Below, piece after piece: positions 39,997 to 48,118 of a DNA stretch of 52,749 nt. The DNA is taken from IMG/VR virus record IMGVR_UViG_3300044617_001342, positions 1-52,749 of that record, one strand, 5' to 3'. The notes under the pieces are model-generated. The model saw only the letters and a program-made list of their open reading frames with translations. It did not search any database and was not told where the DNA came from. Position 1 is the stretch's first letter; every line of letters starts with the position of its first letter. This DNA is from a virus. Taxonomy: Duplodnaviria > Caudoviricetes. The translations under genes were made by a program, and so were the position numbers.

Positions 39997-40434
39997 ATGG
40001 CAAATTTTAAAAATAAAAAAGTATCAATCAATGAAGGTAGAAATGTAACTGACGGAAAGTTTACTTTTGGTGGATTTCCAAGAATTTTGAATGAAGTAAA
40101 ATATGATATTCCAGCTAAAGCTAGTGATATAGAAGGCGATCGTGGTGCTGTTGGAATTGACGAGTTTGAAGAGTTAATGAATAATAGATTTTCACATCCT
40201 TTGATGGCAGGACAAACAGAAAATGGTAAACGAGGAGTGCCCCCAGAAATTCGTGCTGAAGCTTTGATGCATATAAAAAAATTAAGGAACCATCCTCAAG
40301 GAAAAGTTGAAGGATATGGTAGTGATCATCCAATATATCAAGAAGCAAAAGCTGCACACGAATTTTTTATCACACATTTTCCAGCATTTGGCGTAGAAGA
40401 TCAAATTGCTCAAGATTATAACCTTTCTCAATAA
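39997..40434 (+). CDS. Hypothetical late protein
   Basis: AAGGA; INE and FGGFPRILNE motifs. Confidence 0.6.
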   Translation: MANFKNKKVSINEGRNVTDGKFTFGGFPRILNEVKYDIPAKASDIEGDRGAVGIDEFEELMNNRFSHPLMAGQTENGKRGVPPEIRAEALMHIKKLRNHPQGKVEGYGSDHPIYQEAKAAHEFFITHFPAFGVEDQIAQDYNLSQ

Positions 40435-40466
40435 ATAAACCCCTGTAAAGATCGCAAGGTCTTTCG

Positions 40467-40503
40467 ACCCCTTCTAATCTCTGCGCAGAAGGGGTTTTTC
40501 TTT
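40467..40503 (+). terminator. Terminator hairpin preceded by a GCAA-tetraloop hairpin
   Basis: ACCCCTTCT..AGAAGGGGT-TTTTCTTT. Confidence 0.65.
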
Positions 40504-40517
40504 CCATAAATAATTGT

Positions 40518-41378
40518 ATGATCAAGGCTGTAGGCGACAAATTCTATGTTATGGACTCCACAGGAAAGAAAGTTCTTGGAAAACATTCTTCCAAGAAGAA
40601 AGCAGTTGCACAGCTTCAAGCTATTGAGATATCAAAGCACGAAAGAAATGAATCCAGAATAATTAAATTTTCTGATTTTCTCAAAGAAGAACTGACATCG
40701 ACTCTCCAATATCACCAAGATCTAAATCCAACTATTTGGGATGGATTTGAATTAAAAGATGATGTAAGAAATAAACTTATTGAAATTGGACGTACATGGG
40801 CTACATGGGCCAACATTCCAGTTGAAGCAGTTAAAGATATGATTCTTGTTGGTGGTAATGCAAACTATAATTACACACCACAATCAGATATCGATCTACA
40901 CATTCTTGTAGATGTAGATGCAATTCCAAATTGCCCGGAATTCATAGATGACTATCTTAAAGACAAGAAACAACTTTGGTCATTGACACATGATATTAAA
41001 ATTCGTGGCCATGATGTAGAGATATATGCTCAAGATATGAACGATGGTTTTACCAAAGATCAAGGTGTCTTTAGTTTAACTGATAACAATTGGATTGCTG
41101 AACCGGTTAATCAAGAAATAAATCTTGATAATCCACATATTCTGAAGAAAGTTCAAGAATACATTGAAAAGATTGATTCTCTTATTGCTTCGAATGCTGA
41201 AGAAGAATCATTCCAAAAACTCAAAGAGAAGTTTAAAGATATGCGTTCAACTGATATAAAGAAATACGGTGAGTTTTCACACGGAAATCTCATATTCAAA
41301 GAACTTCGCAATCTTGGTTATCTTGACAAGATGAATAGTTATATCAAAACAAAACAAGATAAGGAATTAAGTTTATGA
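40518..41378 (+). CDS. Pol-beta-superfamily nucleotidyltransferase-like protein
   Basis: LVGGNANYNY..SDIDLHILVD, DVEIYAQD; CATAAATA 40505-40512; internal KFSDFLKEE. Confidence 0.7.
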   Translation: MIKAVGDKFYVMDSTGKKVLGKHSSKKKAVAQLQAIEISKHERNESRIIKFSDFLKEELTSTLQYHQDLNPTIWDGFELKDDVRNKLIEIGRTWATWANIPVEAVKDMILVGGNANYNYTPQSDIDLHILVDVDAIPNCPEFIDDYLKDKKQLWSLTHDIKIRGHDVEIYAQDMNDGFTKDQGVFSLTDNNWIAEPVNQEINLDNPHILKKVQEYIEKIDSLIASNAEEESFQKLKEKFKDMRSTDIKKYGEFSHGNLIFKELRNLGYLDKMNSYIKTKQDKELSL

Positions 41379-42178
41379 AATCATTTAAACAATTTTTATT
41401 TGAAAGATTAGAAGATGATATTGAAAGAACAAAAACTGTTCCAGTTACTGTTAAACCTAAACAATCACTTCCGCCATCAAGAAAAAATTATCCAGATACC
41501 GAAGAAGGTACACAGCAATGGAAAACGGACGTAAATTCTTGGGTTCCCCAAGCACGCAAAGATGCTGAATCAATGACAAATAATGCAGAGTCCGCTGCCA
41601 ACACTTTAGGCAAAATAGAAACTGGATTAAAAGTTGCCGATGCTGTTACTGACACAGCACTCTCTGCTGGAGCGGTTGCTGTTCCTGGTGTTGGCACAGC
41701 ACTAAATGCTGCAGTAAAAGGAGTAAAAGGTGGAATAAACGCCTCACAAGGAAATTATGTAGCAACTGGTTTAAATGCTGTTGATGCAGTATTGCCTGTG
41801 GCCGGACAACTACAAACTGCTGGAAAAGTTGCTTCAACAATTGGTAGTTTAGTAAAATCTCCAGTTACTGCTGTTTTAGAAAAAGGAGCAGAAGCTTTAG
41901 GAGTTACAAAAGCTTTAGCGGGAGAAACTGTAAAAGCGATTCCAGCAGCAACAGAAGTTTTAAGTAATACTGGTGCTCAATTGGCTAGAAATGTTGCTGC
42001 AAAAGCTGGTGTAAAAGTTGCATCAAGATCAGCCGAGAGCCCTATCAAATCTACGGTGTCTGATGTAATGGGTTCTATGGTTTCAGATACAGATACTTCC
42101 AAAACATCCAAATCACCATCAACAACGCTAGCATCGTCTCATAATTCTAAAGGACGAACAAATATGCCAAAAATGTGA
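41375..42178 (+). CDS. Putative internal head protein (CTS-like leader; pre-toxin-like motif)
   Basis: MKSFKQFLFE; AVPGVGTA..QGNYVATGLNAVDAVLP. Confidence 0.65.
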   Translation: MKSFKQFLFERLEDDIERTKTVPVTVKPKQSLPPSRKNYPDTEEGTQQWKTDVNSWVPQARKDAESMTNNAESAANTLGKIETGLKVADAVTDTALSAGAVAVPGVGTALNAAVKGVKGGINASQGNYVATGLNAVDAVLPVAGQLQTAGKVASTIGSLVKSPVTAVLEKGAEALGVTKALAGETVKAIPAATEVLSNTGAQLARNVAAKAGVKVASRSAESPIKSTVSDVMGSMVSDTDTSKTSKSPSTTLASSHNSKGRTNMPKM

Positions 42179-42191
42179 TATGTTAAAACAA

Positions 42192-42443
42192 TTATCTTTC
42201 AACCATCTCAACCCAATCTTGATGGATCACATGGTTTCCACCATAGCCATCTTTGATCTTGCTGACATCCCACCAGATGGTATCACCAACCTGAATGTCT
42301 TCGGTGAGTTTGTTTCCAATAGCCAAAACCTTTGCAGGAATAATCTTTGATTTAGATTTTTCCTGATAAATGATTCCTGCTTCAGATGTTTTTTCTCCAC
42401 CAATCGACGCTTTTGCAACAATCCATTTTCCTACTGGTTTCAT
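42192..42443 (-). CDS. GroES-like co-chaperonin (gp31 analogue)
   Basis: MKPVGKWIV..EKTSEAGII..AKVLAIG..IQVGDTI. Confidence 0.75.
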   Translation of the reverse strand: MKPVGKWIVAKASIGGEKTSEAGIIYQEKSKSKIIPAKVLAIGNKLTEDIQVGDTIWWDVSKIKDGYGGNHVIHQDWVEMVER

Positions 42444-42444
42444 A

Positions 42445-42555
42445 TTATTTCTTTCTTGAATCACTAATCATGCACCAGATGCCATAACCGATTAACCAAA
42501 AACCAGGAATGGATGCAAGAGCACATATAGACAATACTATAATTTTTTCAGTCAT
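42445..42555 (-). CDS. 36-aa single-TM protein (not in ORF track)
   Basis: MTEKIIVLSICALASIPGFWLIGYGIWCMISDSRKK fills the gap between tRNA-Gln and GroES. Confidence 0.45.
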   Translation of the reverse strand: MTEKIIVLSICALASIPGFWLIGYGIWCMISDSRKK

Positions 42556-42557
42556 AA

Positions 42558-42628
42558 TTCCTCAGATAGGATTCGAACCTATACAAAGAGATCCAAAGTC
42601 TCTGGTGCTACCGTTACACTACCGAGGA
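42558..42628 (-). tRNA. trnQ: tRNA-Gln(TTG), CCA not encoded
   Basis: TCCTCGG/CTGAGGA acceptor, AGAGA-CTTTGGA-TCTCT. Confidence 0.92.
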
Positions 42629-43162
42629 GTGAATTTTAGCGCAATAATTATTCATGATAATTGAACTTGCGCAACCAACATTGATGCTTCTTACAGATCC
42701 GTACTGCGGGATATACAAGACATCATCACACATACTTAGCACATCCATAGGAACCCCAATCTGTTCCTGACCAAAGATCATAATATAATGCACATTTGGA
42801 TCAAAGTCAAATGCATTTACATCCTTGGCTTCAGGAATGTTGTCTATTCCAATTAGTCGGACTGACCCCGATTCTTGCTTGGATTCAAAATAAGATCCAA
42901 GATTATCAATGCTTCGTACATGATGAAAATTGGTATAATGGTGAGTACCAACAGTACCACGACGATCATATTTTTTATGCCCATAGATTACTACTTCTTT
43001 CGCAAGAAACGCATTAGCATTTCTAATGACCGTGGCGATATTAAAGTCATTGCCAATATTGCAACACACAACACTGAAGTTATGTCTTTTAGTATTAAGA
43101 TCAGCCCTGATTGCATCGTCGTTCCAATAATGGTAATGATCAATAATATTACGAGTTTCCAT
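42614..43162 (-). CDS. SpoU/TrmH-family RNA 2'-O-methyltransferase
   Basis: NIATVIRNANAF, IFGQEQIG, IPQYGSVRSINVGCA SPOUT motifs. Confidence 0.88.
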   Translation of the reverse strand: METRNIIDHYHYWNDDAIRADLNTKRHNFSVVCCNIGNDFNIATVIRNANAFLAKEVVIYGHKKYDRRGTVGTHHYTNFHHVRSIDNLGSYFESKQESGSVRLIGIDNIPEAKDVNAFDFDPNVHYIMIFGQEQIGVPMDVLSMCDDVLYIPQYGSVRSINVGCASSIIMNNYCAKIHSSVV

Positions 43163-43164
43163 GA

Positions 43165-43509
43165 TTAAAGCTTGGTAATAAGAACACCAACAATAGCAAG
43201 AATTCCACCAATCAGAGTCTTCATATCCATCTTTACATTATACATGAAAAGAGGAACTAAAATGGTAATCATGCTGACTACGACATCCCAGATCACGTTT
43301 ATGACAAATATATCTTTCTTTTCATCATAAGTTCTAACAAGATATAACCACATTGCAGTTGCAACCACTGCTGCGATTATTGAAATGCTATATGCCAGTA
43401 CGGGTCTGTTGTCAAAGTAAGTATCATAACTGATTACAGAAAATGCTCCGTAACAAATGATTACCAATATAATTGTTATTGTGAATAATAGCATATTACG
43501 AGTTTCCAT
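43165..43509 (-). CDS. Four-TM membrane protein (SMR/DMT-like)
   Basis: Four hydrophobic segments; flanked by a 17-bp direct repeat. Confidence 0.6.
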   Translation of the reverse strand: METRNMLLFTITIILVIICYGAFSVISYDTYFDNRPVLAYSISIIAAVVATAMWLYLVRTYDEKKDIFVINVIWDVVVSMITILVPLFMYNVKMDMKTLIGGILAIVGVLITKL

Positions 43510-43951
43510 TATCCACAACCTCATATTCATTTTTAATACGAACTTCTTCGCAGAACGTATGGTAATGCATTCCAGATCGGCAAAGATTTCCGGGCTTTCC
43601 GGTTACCTCACAAATCTTGTATGAATTGTCTTCTGCCGTATCAATCAACTTTCGAACATCATGATACAGTTTGTCATTGTCCGTGTTCATCATGTAATAG
43701 AACCGAAGACCACCAAACTTTTCTTTGATCTGAAGAAGCATGAACATAGGCTGTTCAGGATCTTCCTTGATATTCTTTCTCTCTTCATCAAGAAGAACAG
43801 AAAGATCGGAGCACAATTTATCAACAAGAATATACCAACCACTTGGAAGATCATATGAAGAACTATGAACCATACCCTTGAAAACAGAAGGATAATCTTC
43901 AATCAACTTATCGATTGGATCTGCATACTCTTTTAGTTCAATAGGATTCAT
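43496..43951 (-). CDS. Conserved phage hypothetical protein
   Basis: GWY.LV..QIKEKFGGLRFY..CEVTGKPG..TFC motif. Confidence 0.7.
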   Translation of the reverse strand: MNPIELKEYADPIDKLIEDYPSVFKGMVHSSSYDLPSGWYILVDKLCSDLSVLLDEERKNIKEDPEQPMFMLLQIKEKFGGLRFYYMMNTDNDKLYHDVRKLIDTAEDNSYKICEVTGKPGNLCRSGMHYHTFCEEVRIKNEYEVVDNGNS

Positions 43952-44148
43952 TCGTCTTTTCCTTTCCCCCAACCAGTTCCATGGTTGTAAGCGGTGATTA
44001 TAGATTCCTTAGTCTCCAGTGCACAGTTACGCTGTATGCGCAACACACGAATTTCCTCTGCAGCATCTCTGCAAACTTCAAATACTTCTCGGTTTGCATC
44101 GTGCCACTTATCGGCCATGTTTCTCAAACGTAGTTCAATGTCTTTCAT
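43948..44148 (-). CDS. Hypothetical protein
   Basis: DIELRLR..DAAEEIRVLR; ATGA coupling. Confidence 0.6.
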   Translation of the reverse strand: MKDIELRLRNMADKWHDANREVFEVCRDAAEEIRVLRIQRNCALETKESIITAYNHGTGWGKGKDE

Positions 44149-44156
44149 AAGTTTAG

Positions 44157-44231
44157 TGATCCTGACGGGATTCGAACCCGTGTTGTGGCCTTGAAAGGGC
44201 CGCGTCCTTGACCAGACTAGACGACAGGACC
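44157..44231 (-). tRNA. trnE: tRNA-Glu(TTC), CCA not encoded
   Basis: GGTCCTG/CAGGATC acceptor, GGCC-CTTTCAA-GGCC. Confidence 0.92.
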
Positions 44232-44237
44232 GTTGTA

Positions 44238-44402
44238 TTAGTCAAACTTTGCGCGAATCTCGTTAGCAAGGAAGGCGACCATCATACCAATGATGCTGCC
44301 AATCAATGCACCTTCGTAGTTGTAATGGTATGCCATGCCAATCATGTTAATTAAGGCAAGAATAGTTAGCGGAATGGTAAGTTTGTTTATTACAGTTTTC
44401 AT
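44238..44402 (-). CDS. 54-aa two-TM protein (not in ORF track)
   Basis: MKTVINKLTIPLTILALINMIGMAYHYNYEGALIGSIIGMMVAFLANEIRAKFD; leaderless after TTGACA-16-TATAAT. Confidence 0.65.
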   Translation of the reverse strand: MKTVINKLTIPLTILALINMIGMAYHYNYEGALIGSIIGMMVAFLANEIRAKFD

Positions 44403-44408
44403 GATTGT

Positions 44409-44445
44409 ATTATACATGATATATACGTTTTGTCAAATATAAATA
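44409..44445. promoter_or_regulatory. Divergent pair: TTGACA-16-TATAAT (-) and late TATAAATA (+)
   Basis: Read directly. Confidence 0.8.
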
Positions 44446-44463
44446 TAGCAGAAGGTACATAAT

Positions 44464-45171
44464 ATGAACTACGTAACAAACTATTACAAAAATTTATCAG
44501 AACAACTTCAACAAAGAGTACAAATTTTATCTGAAGCATTGGCTACCTATGGCAATGTAAATAGAAATCAAGATGAAATTGGTTATGCTCCACAAGCATT
44601 TAGCGGCCAACAACTAGGTCAAATGCTTGGTAGCGGTAATGTACATGGTGCTCAAAACTATGTAAATTCTTATGCTCCAATGCAAGTTGCTGGTCAAGCC
44701 TCTTACCGTATGGCTCCATCTCCCCGTTCAAACCGTGGTCGTCGTGGTGCAGAATCTATGGGTGACAGCCAAGGTGGTTTTGTTGCTGGCGATTATAATG
44801 GAGATGGCATCGTAGACGGTGCTGATCTTGGTCTCGCACTAGGTTCAGGTCAAAATCCTTCTAACGTTGTTAACAACTACTCAACTGGTATGCAAGTTGG
44901 TGGTTATGCCAATCGTTCTATGATGGGTCCTAGCCGTGGTAGTAATCGCGGTATGGGGGCTGAAGACGCTGGTAGCCAAGGTAATCCCTTCGGTGTAGAT
45001 GGTCAAGCAGGTGGTTACGGTGGTGAAGCATCTAGCCAAGGTGGCTATGATGGTGCAGTTCTAGGTCGACTTTTAAGCAATGGTGATATGAATGCCGTTA
45101 ATAATTACCTATCACAATTTGCTCGTAAACCAGGTGTCTCTGGCAAAAATCAAAGAAAGCGTAAAGCTTAA
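44464..45171 (+). CDS. Gly-rich late protein with MNYVTNYYKN leader and dockerin/EF-hand-like motif
   Basis: GDYNGDGIVDGADLGLALG at 44788-44844. Confidence 0.7.
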   Translation: MNYVTNYYKNLSEQLQQRVQILSEALATYGNVNRNQDEIGYAPQAFSGQQLGQMLGSGNVHGAQNYVNSYAPMQVAGQASYRMAPSPRSNRGRRGAESMGDSQGGFVAGDYNGDGIVDGADLGLALGSGQNPSNVVNNYSTGMQVGGYANRSMMGPSRGSNRGMGAEDAGSQGNPFGVDGQAGGYGGEASSQGGYDGAVLGRLLSNGDMNAVNNYLSQFARKPGVSGKNQRKRKA

Positions 45172-45193
45172 TAATTAAAAATTAAATTTTTAT

Positions 45194-45228
45194 AGAAAAC
45201 CCCTTTTTAACGAAGGGGTTTTTCTTTT
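45194..45228. terminator. Bidirectional terminator
   Basis: AAAACCCCTT..AAGGGGTTTT. Confidence 0.7.
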
Positions 45229-45461
45229 ATATAAATTAATATTTCTGCAATTGCCAACGCAATCACTGGCAGAAAAGTAGCAACAGCAAAGCACCAAAAT
45301 GGTACGGTATGTTCTACCATTAGACTTCACATCCAGTCTTTTTTTTATTTGTAAGAAGATACTTTATCATTCCTTCGATCATTCCAAAAATCATCAAAGG
45401 AAATATAATCATAAAACAAAGAGTAAGTACAGATACTCTTTTAAATTCTTCAATGAAAAGA

Positions 45462-46220
45462 TCAATGGATCGCATAGGTGTCCAGTTTCAAAGATCCATC
45501 TGAATCTTCATAAAGAAATGTGCAGTTGTCTTTTTCTGTCCAGCAGCCACAGTTGGCATATGTAATATTATTTACAGTATACAACTTTGGTTCGTGCAAA
45601 TGACCACAGACAATGCCATCATATTTCTTTTCTTTGGCGTATTTAATAACAACGCTTTCAAAGCTTTCGATGAACTGAGCTGCTCTCTTTACTTTAATCT
45701 TCACATACTTTGAGATAGACCAGTATCTCATTCCCATCATTCTTCTGCACCAATTGAACCAATCATTGATTTCCAAGATCAGTTCATATGCATAGTCACC
45801 TAGTTTGTAGATATAGGAACTGACAGGAAACTTTGTGAGAAAGTCAAACTGATGTCCATGAAGAATAAGAAACTTTTTTCCTGAAGAAGTAGTATATTCT
45901 TCTCGTTCACTTAAACTGATATTACCAAAGATATGATGTCCTGAAAACTTTGCCATGAACTCATCATGGTTTCCATAGATGTAATGAATCTTTGTTCCCT
46001 TGCGAGAAAGTTTGAGCAATCTTTCAATCACTTCCATATGGTGATTTTGTTTTTCGGCATTCATTGAGAATGCCTGTTTGAATCTCCATATATCGATAAT
46101 ATCTCCCACAAGGAAGATATTATCAAATTCATTATTTTTTAAAAATGCAATAAGAGGCTTTGTCTTTGCTTTCTTGGAAGCCAAATGAAAGTCTGAAAGA
46201 AAGACAGTCTTGTAATGCAT
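45462..46220 (-). CDS. LpxH-like (UDP-2,3-diacylglucosamine hydrolase family) metallophosphoesterase
   Basis: SDFHL, LVGDIID, GNHD, LHGHQFD, CGHLH, YANCGCW. Confidence 0.85.
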   Translation of the reverse strand: MHYKTVFLSDFHLASKKAKTKPLIAFLKNNEFDNIFLVGDIIDIWRFKQAFSMNAEKQNHHMEVIERLLKLSRKGTKIHYIYGNHDEFMAKFSGHHIFGNISLSEREEYTTSSGKKFLILHGHQFDFLTKFPVSSYIYKLGDYAYELILEINDWFNWCRRMMGMRYWSISKYVKIKVKRAAQFIESFESVVIKYAKEKKYDGIVCGHLHEPKLYTVNNITYANCGCWTEKDNCTFLYEDSDGSLKLDTYAIH

Positions 46221-46229
46221 TTCTAATAT

Positions 46230-46667
46230 TTATCGCCGTCTAGAGAAGGCAACCAAAGTTGCCATCGCCACAAGCAAACCCATTCCCGGAGCAGGAACGG
46301 GAGGACGCACAGGCCCATCGTAAGGAATGCTTTCAGTCGGAAATTTTATACACACGCTCTCAATACGATCATAGTGCATGGGAATGAACATATCCTGATC
46401 TACAGTCTGCACAGTCATCACAAGGTTTCCTTCACGATAGATCTTGTGAACCCAAAAGCCATCAAAAGAACCCATGAAAAAATTATGAGAAACCTGTGGG
46501 TAGTTGGAAACTGTTGGCTGTACGATTGCTTCACCAATAGGCTCCGTAATGGTTAGGGTATTGTCAAAGGTTAGCGGCTTGGTATAGGACACTTCAACAT
46601 ACATCGAACCTTCGTTGATGGAGGTTGAGAAAATATTGCCCTGTCCGTAAATCAAAGACACGCTCAT
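46230..46667 (-). CDS. PEP-CTERM-type (VPAPG) sorting-signal protein
   Basis: C-terminus VPAPG + hydrophobic helix + RRR. Confidence 0.7.
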   Translation of the reverse strand: MSVSLIYGQGNIFSTSINEGSMYVEVSYTKPLTFDNTLTITEPIGEAIVQPTVSNYPQVSHNFFMGSFDGFWVHKIYREGNLVMTVQTVDQDMFIPMHYDRIESVCIKFPTESIPYDGPVRPPVPAPGMGLLVAMATLVAFSRRR

Positions 46668-46981
46668 TAGATCCCGTCCATTTCATTGTTATCATCGGGC
46701 GCAAAGAATCCCAATGCGTTGTCATTGTCTGCCTTATCGTCCAAAGCCTGTTGCTGCTTCATCTTCTCCATGCGCTCCGATGTACGGAACTTCTTCATGA
46801 AGTCACACTTGCAATGGTCAAACTCACGGTCATCAGCGTGAATGAGAAGCCCGTCCCATTCATCGCACCAATGCCATCCATCGTCAAGTTCCTGTGCGGT
46901 CAGCATGACGCTCTCATCGCCATCAAAGGGCTGCATAAGGTAGTACCAACGCTCTTGGGTCATTTTGTGTTTGTCGCTCAC
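46667..46981 (-). CDS. Hypothetical protein
   Basis: GWHWCDEWDGL..C.C; coupled ORF. Confidence 0.6.
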   Translation of the reverse strand: MSDKHKMTQERWYYLMQPFDGDESVMLTAQELDDGWHWCDEWDGLLIHADDREFDHCKCDFMKKFRTSERMEKMKQQQALDDKADNDNALGFFAPDDNNEMDGI

Positions 46982-47232
46982 TTGCCGTCCTCCTTAAAGC
47001 AGTCCCACTTTCGCAGTTCTGCGTATCCCTTTGGGGAAATTACACAACAACGATCTAGACTTTTAAGAGAGCATACCTCTTGTCTTGCCTCATCACGTTC
47101 GGCACGGAGTTCCTTGATATGCTCAACTACCTGATGAAAAACATCTTCTGTCACGCTGAACTGCATGAACCTTGACTTATATGCCAAGAAGCGATCAAGA
47201 ATATCTACACCATTTGAATCCACATCAGGCAT
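46978..47232 (-). CDS. Hypothetical protein
   Basis: LRAERDEARQEVC..WDCF; AAGGA upstream. Confidence 0.6.
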   Translation of the reverse strand: MPDVDSNGVDILDRFLAYKSRFMQFSVTEDVFHQVVEHIKELRAERDEARQEVCSLKSLDRCCVISPKGYAELRKWDCFKEDGK

Positions 47233-47259
47233 TGGTGTTCCTTTTCTTGGTAGGCATGT

Positions 47260-47490
47260 TTATTTCTTTTCTGAATGTTTGATATAGTCGATTTCGTGCT
47301 TGAGGAAGTCATCTTCAACCACATAGATGTTATGCGAGATCTTGTCCAACATATCTTCAATCTCAACCTGCGAGATGGTTCCATCTCTGACATCATTACG
47401 CAAAAGATCAATCTGTTCAATGACAATAGAAAGTTTGTCCATTGCTTTGAAGAAACGCTTCGGGCTCTTGGTCTTGGTCTTGGTAGCCAT
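47260..47490 (-). CDS. Hypothetical protein
   Basis: AAGGA upstream; packed operon. Confidence 0.55.
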   Translation of the reverse strand: MATKTKTKSPKRFFKAMDKLSIVIEQIDLLRNDVRDGTISQVEIEDMLDKISHNIYVVEDDFLKHEIDYIKHSEKK

Positions 47491-47491
47491 A

Positions 47492-47761
47492 TTAGTCCTT
47501 GTTGTATTCCTGCTTGGTCATGCGAGTGATGCTATGAATATAGCCGTAACGACGACGAGCGCAAGCAACTATGCGCTTGTATTCCTTGGCGGTGCAGTAG
47601 AAGTGCAGGTCGAATGACTTGCCTTCCAACATCATACCGGACCCAACGAACATTCGGCTGTAACGTTTTTCCAGTCCACGGGAAATTTCAAAATAGTTTC
47701 CACGGTTGTACTGGAAGAAGTAGTGGTACTTGGTTTCTTTCTTGGTCTTGAGCATTGTCAT
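47492..47761 (-). CDS. Hypothetical basic protein
   Basis: GAGG upstream of ATG 47761. Confidence 0.55.
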   Translation of the reverse strand: MTMLKTKKETKYHYFFQYNRGNYFEISRGLEKRYSRMFVGSGMMLEGKSFDLHFYCTAKEYKRIVACARRRYGYIHSITRMTKQEYNKD

Positions 47762-47766
47762 GTTCC

Positions 47767-48015
47767 TCAATCTTTTGTGGGTTGGACTTTGTTCTTCTTG
47801 GAAGACTTGTATATCTGCTGTTCTCCCATCCATTCAGATGCTTTTACAAGCCATGCTGCAAACTTAAATGCCATGATGGGATCGTAAATCTGTGCCTTGG
47901 CAGGCGTGTAGGTTGTCAAATTTTTATTGTAGATTTTGATACCTCTTTCGCCGTTGCCATATTCATAGCATTCGGCAATAAGGTTTTTGTTTTTGAATGG
48001 TGCTGGGGTTTTCAT
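47767..48015 (-). CDS. Hypothetical protein, first gene of early operon
   Basis: TTGACT-16-TATAAT at 48052-48025. Confidence 0.55.
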   Translation of the reverse strand: MKTPAPFKNKNLIAECYEYGNGERGIKIYNKNLTTYTPAKAQIYDPIMAFKFAAWLVKASEWMGEQQIYKSSKKNKVQPTKD

Positions 48016-48118
48016 TGTGCCCATATTATACCCCTTACCCAGCCAAAGTCAAACAAATACAAGTGATTTAAACAGACGTATAAATATTTTTACCAACTAA
48101 AACTAAAGGGATGATACT

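Noticed and set aside
40518-41378. CCA-adding enzyme for the CCA-less tRNAs
   Set aside because: No class II motifs (RRDxTxN, DPxRxxR) are visible; left as a generic NTase
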